64,000 nucleotides of DNA, taken from Nibricoccus sp. Its GTDB lineage: Bacteria > Verrucomicrobiota > Verrucomicrobiia > Opitutales > Opitutaceae. Both the position numbers and the translations under genes were made by a program. Positions 17,091 through 25,737 of the stretch are shown here, one piece after another. The notes beneath the pieces are model-generated. The model searched no databases, was not told the origin of the DNA, and was given only the letters and a program-made list of their open reading frames with translations. The stretch is from positions 3,200,001-3,264,000 of the forward strand of contig JASGHG010000001.1 of the NCBI GenBank assembly GCA_047602425.1, written 5' to 3'. How positions within the stretch are numbered: position 1 is the first letter of the stretch; each line of letters begins with the position of its first letter.

Positions 17091-18566
17091 TCAACCGGCG
17101 CTGCCCGGGCGCACAGATTCGGACCGCGTTTCCGCAATCGCCCCATCCGTTTTGTATTTTTTAAATGGTTCGTCCATTTCTGCTGGCTCGGGTATGGACA
17201 ATATTTTTGCCGCAAGGGCGCGGGCTTGAACGCGGATTTCAGCCACGGCGCTGGTTTCCCAAAGCACACCCTTTAGAGGAGCCCCGAGTGTCAGCAGCCA
17301 GCCGCTGGGCGCGCCGCGGTAGCGGAAAAGTTCGCCGTCGGAATTGGCATTGAGGCCGAGTGCCAGCGGATCGTGATCGATCAGGCCGCGTGCAAGCAGG
17401 TTGATAAACAAAGGGTGTTGATACTTTGAGTAGTCCGAGCGCGGCCCGGTGCAATTTATCACCTTGGCGACGGTTAGGCTGGTTGACGTGTCTTTGCCGC
17501 GATGCCGGAAGACGGCTTCCGCGCCGGTGGACGTTTCCGTGAGCGATTGCAGACGGCCGGCATAAAAACGGAGCTGACCGCTCTCGCGCAGGCGGTCAAG
17601 CAAGGCATTGGTCTGAGGAGGATAGCGATGGCGGTGTCCTTCCCAATAGGGCCGCACGTGGCGCAGGAAGCGCGAACGCTCGTCCCACGACCAGTTTTTC
17701 CAGATGGCTTGAGTGTAGGGACGCAGAGAATCGATCACGCTTTGCCAGGACTGGCCATTCGCAAGGGCCTTCCGCGCCTCGGTTTTCACGAGGTGAAAGG
17801 CCGCTCGGGCGGTAGGAGGTAGCGGTTGGTTGCGGAGAAAATCGGGATAAACCGGACCGGATCTTTGCGGCTGCGGGAGCAGTCCGCGCCGTGATAGGGC
17901 GTGAATGGTGCCACGATGACCGCTTGATGCGAGTTGGAGAATGATGTCGGCTGCCGTCAGCCCAGCGCCGACAATGAGAATTTCGTCCGACGGATTAATG
18001 CCCTCGAGCGCCGTGTCGGTCCAAGGCACATGAACATAGCGCGGTCCATGGAAAAAACGGAGGGCGCGGCGAATCGGGTATTCGCCCGGGAGATTGCCGA
18101 GCGCGAGAACAACCTGCGACGCCGGGAAAGTGCGTTCGTTCGCGAGGATGACCACGGGCCCCGCGCTGGTTTCTTCGATGTCAATTGCTTCTCCAATGAC
18201 AATTTCGAGCGAGACGTCTTTCTGCGCCGCAGTGCGCGCTTCGGTTAATACGGAATAAATGTACTGACCGTAGAGACTGCGTGGAAGAAAATCGGAAGGC
18301 GTGACGTTATGCGGAAACGTGGAGCGTCCGATCCGCGCGGCGACCCAGGCAAAGAACCCGGTAGGGTCGTCAGGATAAGCCCCGAGGCGATCCGCTGGGA
18401 CATTGAGCAAATGTTCAGGACAACTAGTGCCATAAGCGACACCGCGTCCGATCGGCGGAGAGCGATCCACGATCACAATCCGCGTGGGAGTGGCAGCCTG
18501 CCGGAGCAGATTCGCTGCCACGAGCGTTCCGCTCACACCGCCGCCTATGATTACAATGTTTTTCAC
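17091..18566 (-). CDS. FAD/NAD(P)-binding oxidoreductase
   Basis: IVIIGGGVSG, GRGVAY, HLLNVPA, second Rossmann motif VGAGLTAAD, VINCTGP. GTG at 18566 preferred. Confidence 0.85.
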   Translation of the reverse strand: MKNIVIIGGGVSGTLVAANLLRQAATPTRIVIVDRSPPIGRGVAYGTSCPEHLLNVPADRLGAYPDDPTGFFAWVAARIGRSTFPHNVTPSDFLPRSLYGQYIYSVLTEARTAAQKDVSLEIVIGEAIDIEETSAGPVVILANERTFPASQVVLALGNLPGEYPIRRALRFFHGPRYVHVPWTDTALEGINPSDEILIVGAGLTAADIILQLASSGHRGTIHALSRRGLLPQPQRSGPVYPDFLRNQPLPPTARAAFHLVKTEARKALANGQSWQSVIDSLRPYTQAIWKNWSWDERSRFLRHVRPYWEGHRHRYPPQTNALLDRLRESGQLRFYAGRLQSLTETSTGAEAVFRHRGKDTSTSLTVAKVINCTGPRSDYSKYQHPLFINLLARGLIDHDPLALGLNANSDGELFRYRGAPSGWLLTLGAPLKGVLWETSAVAEIRVQARALAAKILSIPEPAEMDEPFKKYKTDGAIAETRSESVRPGSAG

Positions 18567-18649
18567 GAGGATAAGGTGCCTGACATTGAGCTTGCACGAT
18601 AGTTGGACACCAAAATTGAAAGGGTGTGCGGGGCGAAGACGTGGTATGA

Positions 18650-19660
18650 CTATTTTTTCTCGTAGATTTGGTCGAACACGCCGCCATCGGTAAAATGACG
18701 TTTCTGAGCCTCCGCCCAACTGCCGAAAATTTCGTCAACAGTGAAGAGCGGCAGGGGCTTGAAACGGTCGGAATGTTTTTTGAGAAGCTCGGCCTCGATT
18801 GGCCGGAAATGATGTTTGACCGCGAGCTCCTGGGCCTCGGGACTGTAGAGGAATTCCAAATACGCTTTGGCCAGGTCGGCCGTGCCTTTTTTCTTCACGA
18901 CCTTATCGACCCAGACGACGGGGTTTTCCGCGAGAATGCTTGTCGATGGCACGACTGCCTCGAAATTCTCGCCGGAGAATTCCTTTTGTGTGAGGGCGAT
19001 TTCGTTTTCGAAAGTGAGAAGAACGTCGCCGATGCCGCGTTGAGCAAACGAGGTGGTGGCGCCGCGTCCACCTGTGTCGAGGACCGGCACATTGTGGAAA
19101 AGCTGTTTCACAAAGGTTCGGGCCGATTCGTCCGTGCCGCCGGGCAGTCGTTTTGCGTAGCCCCATGCGGCGAGATAACTGTAGCGGCCATTGCCGGATG
19201 TTTTCGGATTGGGAATGACAACCGAAACGTCGGGACGCAGCAGATCGTTCCAGTCCTTGATGCCTTTGGGATTACCTTTGCGAACGAGGAATAAAATTGT
19301 CGACGTTGTCGGGACGCTTTTGTTCGGCAAACGCTCCACCCAATTGGGCGGGATCAAGCGCGAGGCCGCGAGCATATCGATGTCGAGCGCTTGGTTCATC
19401 GTGACGACGTCGGCCTCAAGTCCATCGAGGACGCTGCGGACCTGCTTGCTGGAACCGCCGTGCGATTGCTGCACGGAAACGGTTTGCCCCGTCTGGGTTT
19501 TCCAATGGGCGATGAAAGCCGTGTTGAAATCCTTGTAGTACTCGCGTGTGACGTCGTACGAGACGTTGAGGAGGTTGGCGGCCGCGAGATTTGCGGCGCC
19601 AAAAATCAGTGCGAGCGCGACAACAGCAAAGCGCGAGACGGTTGATTGGATATTTTTCAT
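18650..19660 (-). CDS. sbp: Sulfate/thiosulfate ABC transporter substrate-binding protein
   Basis: LLNVSYD, QSHGGSSKQ, GNPKGIKDW, PNPKTSG, LDTGGRGAT; signal peptide from ATG 19660. sbp versus cysP not resolvable. Confidence 0.9.
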   Translation of the reverse strand: MKNIQSTVSRFAVVALALIFGAANLAAANLLNVSYDVTREYYKDFNTAFIAHWKTQTGQTVSVQQSHGGSSKQVRSVLDGLEADVVTMNQALDIDMLAASRLIPPNWVERLPNKSVPTTSTILFLVRKGNPKGIKDWNDLLRPDVSVVIPNPKTSGNGRYSYLAAWGYAKRLPGGTDESARTFVKQLFHNVPVLDTGGRGATTSFAQRGIGDVLLTFENEIALTQKEFSGENFEAVVPSTSILAENPVVWVDKVVKKKGTADLAKAYLEFLYSPEAQELAVKHHFRPIEAELLKKHSDRFKPLPLFTVDEIFGSWAEAQKRHFTDGGVFDQIYEKK

Positions 19661-19664
19661 GGTT

Positions 19665-20468
19665 TTAGATTCCTTGGCTGTAAGCCTGGAGCCCACGATA
19701 GCGCAGAACGAAGCGTTTTAAAATCGAGGTGACCGAATCCCGATGGAGATCGGCGGACCAGGAAGCGGGTATGCGCAAAGTCAGCTCGAAAGGAGGGAAG
19801 GGCAGATCGTCCATCAATGACAAAGGCCCGTCAGCGGATGCTGAACCCGGAGCATCGGCTTCCCAACGTACGGCCAGAGGTTCGAAGTCTTCCGACGAAA
19901 TCAGCTCCACGCCAGCCGCTTCGTCCGTGCCGCGCAAACTCACCGTGATGTCATCGATGTCACGGGCGGTTTCGAGACGGACGAAGCCATGGTAACCTCG
20001 CGTGCGCGCATCTTTGCCCAGCAGCGAAATCTCGGGGAGACTGGAATGCGACCAGTTTTTTGTCGCTAGCTTGCGGTTGTTGACTCCCAAGTAAAGGCCG
20101 AGAACGTCGACCAGCGGAAAGATCGAAAGGTTAAGTCCGTGGCCAAGATCGGGCGCGAGCACGAGATGCTCGACGAATTGCGCCAGGGCAAACGAGCCGC
20201 GCAAATCCGTATGATCAAAACCGCTTAAAAATGCCAGGCGCAGCGATTCGTCGTGAGTGTGCGGGCCAAAATATACGAAGCGGGGAAGATGCAGCGGATG
20301 GTTTTGGTGATAAAACGGCCCAACCGGAGAACCGAAAACGTGATTGGAACGTTGAGAAAGTGCGTAGAGCGAGCTGAACCATTCGATGAGCTCCGACGAA
20401 GGCGTTTTTTCTAACGCAGCCGCAGGGCTATGAGTGACGGACGAAAAACGGGCAGACGCGGTGGACAT
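19665..20468 (-). CDS. Hypothetical protein, degenerate M14 metallopeptidase-like fold
   Basis: PRFVYFGP...RLAFLSGFDHTD...IFPLVDVLG resembles the M14 scaffold but lacks HGxE. Confidence 0.55.
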   Translation of the reverse strand: MSTASARFSSVTHSPAAALEKTPSSELIEWFSSLYALSQRSNHVFGSPVGPFYHQNHPLHLPRFVYFGPHTHDESLRLAFLSGFDHTDLRGSFALAQFVEHLVLAPDLGHGLNLSIFPLVDVLGLYLGVNNRKLATKNWSHSSLPEISLLGKDARTRGYHGFVRLETARDIDDITVSLRGTDEAAGVELISSEDFEPLAVRWEADAPGSASADGPLSLMDDLPFPPFELTLRIPASWSADLHRDSVTSILKRFVLRYRGLQAYSQGI

Positions 20469-20609
20469 GGGGAAATTGATTTTGAGAGTTTCAAAAGGTT
20501 TTGGACGAAACGTTCTTTTTCTAAAAAGTCGGACCGCAGAGCTTCCTTGCAGAACCGACGCAGTGAACCAAGGCGGGTAATCTGAATGTTTTTTCGGGGA
20601 GAATCTTCC

Positions 20610-20798
20610 TTAAGCAAGCGGGTTGGTTTTAGGTGATCCTAAACGGGTCTTCTCCGTTTTTTCGATCTGAGTAACTACTTGGTCATGAACGACTATTTGA
20701 ACAACGCCGTAACGGAGACTTTCGACTTTCAAGCGGACTACTTCGAGCCAGTCTAGGTTGGCTTCAGGGTGAAGGACTAGAGAATCGTTAGCAGGCAT
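20610..20798 (-). CDS. YezD/DUF2292 family small protein
   Basis: VESLRYGVVQIVVHDQVVTQIEKTEKTRL matches the family pattern as I recall it; the family often precedes sulfur genes. Confidence 0.85.
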   Translation of the reverse strand: MPANDSLVLHPEANLDWLEVVRLKVESLRYGVVQIVVHDQVVTQIEKTEKTRLGSPKTNPLA

Positions 20799-20803
20799 TG
20801 TGA

Positions 20804-20855
20804 AAAGTCTACTGAATTAATAGGGAATACAAAGTACACAAATTCAGTGGGGATT
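20804..20855. promoter_or_regulatory. Two tandem Rrf2 (CymR/IscR)-like boxes
   Basis: AAAGTCTACTGAATTAATAGGGAAT (20804-20828) and AAAGTACACAAATTCAGTGGGGATT (20831-20855), 27-bp period, directly upstream of the sulfur operon. Confidence 0.55.
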
Positions 20856-21027
20856 AAAAGCAAGCTGTTTTTTATCTTTCGGGATTTTTTGGGGGTTCCT
20901 CCACTTGGCACGTCAGCGAGGCGCTCGTGCTGCCTTTTCACGGCTGGCAGAGCATGGATCTTGGAAATGATTAACAGTTTCTGCTTGGCCTGTTTCGCTG
21001 CGCTTATGACCTCCATAGGAGAGACGC

Positions 21028-22683
21028 GTGGCATCTGCTTTGCTTAGGGCAGGTGTGAACGAATGTGAACGATGCGGAGTCCATGCTTCCGGTGCCGAAG
21101 TGCGAACCAACGTAGCGCTGCGATGCCGCGTGATTCGCGAAATCGATTCTCTGCACGCGGTCTCAACAATGCTCGCGCTGGGCGGAGATTTTACCGCGGC
21201 GATGACGGCGCTGTTCTCACAGCTGTCATTAGCCACAAGTCTTCGGGAGGGATTGCTGGCTGTTTTTGACCGCGAACACGAAATGCTCGTGGCTGACGAA
21301 CATATTGGTGAGACCGCCGCGGCTTCATCGACACGGGCAACCGCCAAAAAAGGCGATGGGTTGTTGGGACGCGTGCTCGATGACGGCGAGCCCATGTTGA
21401 TTGAACGTATTGAGCAAATTGATTCGCCGATCAGCGTTCTCGATCGCCTGCAGTGTCGCCCGGAAAACGCGGGCAAGGCCTGGATCGCCGTGCCAATCCG
21501 CCACGGTCAGGAAGTGCTCGGCACGCTGAGCTTTGTATGCCTGGCCGCCGAACGCGAAGTGTTAGAGGCCGACTTGCGTTTTTTGGCTTTGATCGCGGGT
21601 CAGGTCGGCCTGGCGGTGCGTTTTCGCCAGGTGGCGAAGGAACGCATCGATTCGCTGCAAAAGGAAAATGAACGTCTGCAAGAGCAGATAAAAAAGAGCT
21701 TTGTCCCTGACGGAATGATCGGCCGTTCCTCAGCCATGCGCATGGTCTATTTTCACATTGATCAAGTGGCGGACAGCAAAACAACCGTGCTAATCCGCGG
21801 AGAAACCGGTGTGGGCAAAGAACGTATTGCTCAGGCGATTTGGATGGGTGGCTCACGCAAAACCAAAGCCTTCGTGCGCGTCAACTGCGCCGCGCTGCCG
21901 GAAAGCATCATCGAGAGTGAACTCTTCGGCCACGAGAAAGGGGCATTCACCGGCGCTCTCGCCTTGCGCAAGGGCCGTTTCGAACTGGCTCATGGCGGCA
22001 CGCTTTTCCTCGATGAAATCGGAGAGATTTCACTCTCCACCCAGGCCAAGCTTTTGCGGGTTTTGCAGGAAGGCTCATTTGAGCGGGTCGGCGGCACGCA
22101 GACGATCAGAGTGGATGTCCGTGTTGTCACCGCAACTAATCGGAACCTGGAAAAGATGATTGAGGAGGGGAAATTCCGTCTCGACCTCTACTATAGAATT
22201 AATGTTTTCCCTGTCTACATTCCGCCGTTGCGTGAGCGAAAGAGCGATATACTGGAATTGGCTGATTATTTTCTCGAAAAAAATTCAGCGCAGGGCGGAA
22301 AGAAAGTGGTGCGCCTTTCCACGCCCGCAATCGACATGCTCATGGCTTATCACTGGCCTGGCAACGTGCGCGAACTGGAAAATATCATCGAGCGTGCCGT
22401 GTTGCTCAGCCAGGACGGTGTTATCCACGCCTATCATCTACCTCCAACGTTGCAGACTGCTGAAGCTTCTGGAACCGAACCCAAAGGTACACTTCAGGAG
22501 GCGCTCGATGCCGTGGAGCGTGAAATGATTGTTGAAGCGCTGAAATTAAATAGAGGCTTTATGGCCAAGGCGGCGCGTCAGCTCGGGCTTACGGAGCGAA
22601 TCATGGGATTAAGGGTTAAAAAATACGAGATTTCACCAGAGCGCTTTCGAATGGAAACGCAGCCGCCGGCGACGCCAAGTTGA
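21028..22683 (+). CDS. nifA: Nif-associated sigma54-dependent activator (GAF-AAA+-HTH), NifA/AnfA family
   Basis: GAF-like domain, GETGVGKE, ESELFGHEKGAFTGA, WPGNVREL, Fis-type HTH; adjacent to draT/draG and nifH. Confidence 0.82.
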   Translation: MASALLRAGVNECERCGVHASGAEVRTNVALRCRVIREIDSLHAVSTMLALGGDFTAAMTALFSQLSLATSLREGLLAVFDREHEMLVADEHIGETAAASSTRATAKKGDGLLGRVLDDGEPMLIERIEQIDSPISVLDRLQCRPENAGKAWIAVPIRHGQEVLGTLSFVCLAAEREVLEADLRFLALIAGQVGLAVRFRQVAKERIDSLQKENERLQEQIKKSFVPDGMIGRSSAMRMVYFHIDQVADSKTTVLIRGETGVGKERIAQAIWMGGSRKTKAFVRVNCAALPESIIESELFGHEKGAFTGALALRKGRFELAHGGTLFLDEIGEISLSTQAKLLRVLQEGSFERVGGTQTIRVDVRVVTATNRNLEKMIEEGKFRLDLYYRINVFPVYIPPLRERKSDILELADYFLEKNSAQGGKKVVRLSTPAIDMLMAYHWPGNVRELENIIERAVLLSQDGVIHAYHLPPTLQTAEASGTEPKGTLQEALDAVEREMIVEALKLNRGFMAKAARQLGLTERIMGLRVKKYEISPERFRMETQPPATPS

Positions 22684-22728
22684 CGGTGTTGCAATTTGTG
22701 GGGCGGTTTTGGTTCGACCACCCACCAT

Positions 22729-23532
22729 CTAGAAAAGCTGTGTTTGTACACGATATTCGCCACCGAGGATGAGGTATTCCAATTCGCCGCCGAGCAGATG
22801 AGGCGGAAGTAGGCCGCTGAAGAAAACGATCTTCTGGAGCGGCACGCGCACCTTCCAGACGAGGGAGCCAAATTCCCAAGCTACCTCGGGATCTGACGTG
22901 AATGAGCTAAGATTGTTGAGCATAACCAATGCGCGGCGCTCCGAAGGCCGGTCGCGCACGGCATATTCCTCGGGATCATGAGTGCCACGATAGAGAGTCA
23001 GCCAGTGTTCACCGGGATGACGGCGCTCGAGTTCGTATTGGCAAAATGTATACAGAAGATCCAGCTGCATGGCGACCGCGACAGTTTTGGCGGCGCCTCG
23101 CATGCAGTCGCGATGATAACGCTCGGCCGCCCCGGGGTCGTCGGGCAGGCGTCCTCCGTGATAGCGAGGCGGCAGGCCGAAACGGTTTGCCGCCCACGAT
23201 TTCAGGACGGCGCCCGAGTGTCCGTTACTATCAGCGCCCCAGCCGTGAAGGAATTGCACGTAACTGCTGCGAAGGCTCGAGCGTGCGGAGGCCTGGTGTT
23301 CGGCCCACTCATGTAGGCGGAATTTCACGGAAACGTAATCATGAAAGATTTCGCCGCGGTGCTCTGGCTCGTCGATTGAGTCGAGCATGCGGAAAAGACG
23401 ACGGTCCGTCGTGAGTACGCTGTCGATTTCGAGCGGTTTAGGATTTTCCTGAAAATCGACACTCGCAATTACCCACGGTGGGAGATTGCAGCGGTTGAAG
23501 GCGTTCGGCGAAATCTCTGGTGGCGGGTGCAC
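22729..23532 (-). CDS. draT: NAD(+)-dinitrogenase reductase ADP-ribosyltransferase
   Basis: NRCNLPPWVIAS, GWGADSN, GAVLKSW, QLDLLYTFCQYEL, LNNLSSFTS, ExEYLILGG. Confidence 0.92.
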   Translation of the reverse strand: MHPPPEISPNAFNRCNLPPWVIASVDFQENPKPLEIDSVLTTDRRLFRMLDSIDEPEHRGEIFHDYVSVKFRLHEWAEHQASARSSLRSSYVQFLHGWGADSNGHSGAVLKSWAANRFGLPPRYHGGRLPDDPGAAERYHRDCMRGAAKTVAVAMQLDLLYTFCQYELERRHPGEHWLTLYRGTHDPEEYAVRDRPSERRALVMLNNLSSFTSDPEVAWEFGSLVWKVRVPLQKIVFFSGLLPPHLLGGELEYLILGGEYRVQTQLF

Positions 23533-23541
23533 GTCGGTAGG

Positions 23542-24504
23542 CTAAATGGCGGCTGGTTTTGGGGCGGTGAGGGGAAGGGGAGTAACCGTAGTCACGGCAG
23601 GGATGGCGATGGCGGCTTGTGCGCGGTTTTGCAGGGCAAGAAGTCGATCGCATTGATCGCGAATGGACTCACGCACCCCGGAATCAAGTTTCCTTAACCA
23701 ACGATCAGGGATAGAATCGATCCCGTACAAGGCGCCAGCCAGCTGGCCAGCGAGTGCGCCAGTCGTATCTGCGTCGCCACCTCGGTTGACGACACACAGC
23801 AGGCATTCTTCAAAATTGTCGGTGTTGAAGAACGCATCGAAAACGGTCTGCACCGTATCGACGATATAGCCACTGGTCATTCCCGGCCAGGGGTCGAAGC
23901 GAAAGTTTGGAATGCACTCGACCAAGATCGTTGCTTCGGCACGGGCAGCGGCGAGCCCTTCGCCTCGCAGTAAACGGCGGGTCATGCGGCCGAGCGTGAG
24001 CGTGGCCGCGTCAGAGAGCGGATGGTTGTGCGTGATATGGGCCTGGGCGAGTGACACGCGTTCGAAGATATCTTCGTCGTCGAGCGTGGCGATGACTGCG
24101 GGTAGATTGCGCATAGCGGCGCCGTTTCCGGCGCTATCGGGTGCAGGGTCCGCCTGCAGCGCCCCCTGCAACATATAGCGCCGAATGCCGCGGCGGCAGG
24201 TGTTGCCGATGTCCACCGGGCAACTGTGCATCCATTTCACGTATGCGTCGGCGATAACACGAGTGTCCTCCATGCCGCCTCGAAGAAGTGCATTACCCAA
24301 GGCCAGACACATTTCGGTGTCATCCGTGACGTGGCCTGGTCTTAATTTTAACCAACCACCACCAACAATATTTGTGTGTTGTTTGTGGATCGCCACCACC
24401 TCTCGCGCGGTCATGAACTCGACCGTCGCACCCAGCGCATCGCCGATCGCGAGGCCGAGATAGGCTCCGAGGGTGCGTTGTGTAAGCGTGACGTGCGTTT
24501 GCAT
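23542..24504 (-). CDS. draG: ADP-ribosyl-[dinitrogenase reductase] hydrolase
   Basis: GDALGATVEF, GGGWL, TDDTEM, GNGAAMR, VNRGGDADTTGA. Confidence 0.93.
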   Translation of the reverse strand: MQTHVTLTQRTLGAYLGLAIGDALGATVEFMTAREVVAIHKQHTNIVGGGWLKLRPGHVTDDTEMCLALGNALLRGGMEDTRVIADAYVKWMHSCPVDIGNTCRRGIRRYMLQGALQADPAPDSAGNGAAMRNLPAVIATLDDEDIFERVSLAQAHITHNHPLSDAATLTLGRMTRRLLRGEGLAAARAEATILVECIPNFRFDPWPGMTSGYIVDTVQTVFDAFFNTDNFEECLLCVVNRGGDADTTGALAGQLAGALYGIDSIPDRWLRKLDSGVRESIRDQCDRLLALQNRAQAAIAIPAVTTVTPLPLTAPKPAAI

Positions 24505-24558
24505 GAAAGCGGTTGCCCTTGCTGCAGCCAGAATGCCCGGGGCGATTGTGAGAAGGGA

Positions 24559-24574
24559 TGCAGGAGCCTTGCCA
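24559..24574 (-). promoter_or_regulatory. Putative sigma54 (-24/-12) promoter for draG-draT
   Basis: Minus strand TGGCAAGGCTCCTGCA = GG-N10-GC, about 55 nt upstream of the draG ATG. Confidence 0.7.
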
Positions 24575-24620
24575 ACTTCAACGGGCGCGACTGGTGGCGG
24601 AAATATTCCACAAGGTGTTT

Positions 24621-24666
24621 CCTACAATTTTGTCGGAATGTTGGGGTTTGCCGACGGGTACGTAGT
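24621..24666. promoter_or_regulatory. Candidate upstream activator sites shared by the draG and nifH promoters
   Basis: CCTACA-ATTT-TGTCGG (24621-24636) and CCGACG-GGTA-CGTAGT (24651-24666), imperfect palindromes 30 bp apart. Confidence 0.5.
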
Positions 24667-24753
24667 GTTTTTCGACAGAAAAACGGGCGCAGCTTTTGCG
24701 AAGAGATTTTCTAAGCGGCCCGAGTTAGTGACTTGCGTATTGGCACGCGGAAT

Positions 24754-24769
24754 TGGCATCTCGGCCGCT
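24754..24769 (+). promoter_or_regulatory. Putative sigma54 (-24/-12) promoter for nifH operon
   Basis: TGGCATCTCGGCCGCT = GG-N10-GC, about 45 nt upstream of the nifH ATG. Confidence 0.6.
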
Positions 24770-24771
24770 AA

Positions 24772-25638
<867 letters not shown>

Positions 25639-25651
25639 AACCATCATCAAG

Positions 25652-25711
25652 GTAGGGCGCGACCGCCGGGCGCGCCGTGGTTTAACGGACGGCCCGGCGG
25701 TCCGTCCCTAC
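25652..25711. repeat. REPIN-like element between nifH and nifD
   Basis: GTAGGGCGCGACCGCCGGGCGCGCCG ... CGGACGGCCCGGCGGTCCGTCCCTAC; GTAG/CTAC ends, imperfect inverted arms. Confidence 0.75.
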
Positions 25712-25737
25712 CAATCGAAACAGTCATATTTACAACC

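Noticed and set aside
20905..20922. TTGGCACG upstream of the nif activator as a sigma54 promoter
   Set aside because: No -12 GC at the correct spacing.
24741..24757. TGGCACGCGGAATTGGC as the nifH sigma54 promoter
   Set aside because: Perfect -24 element, but no GC at the required 10-nt spacing; the overlapping downstream element fits.
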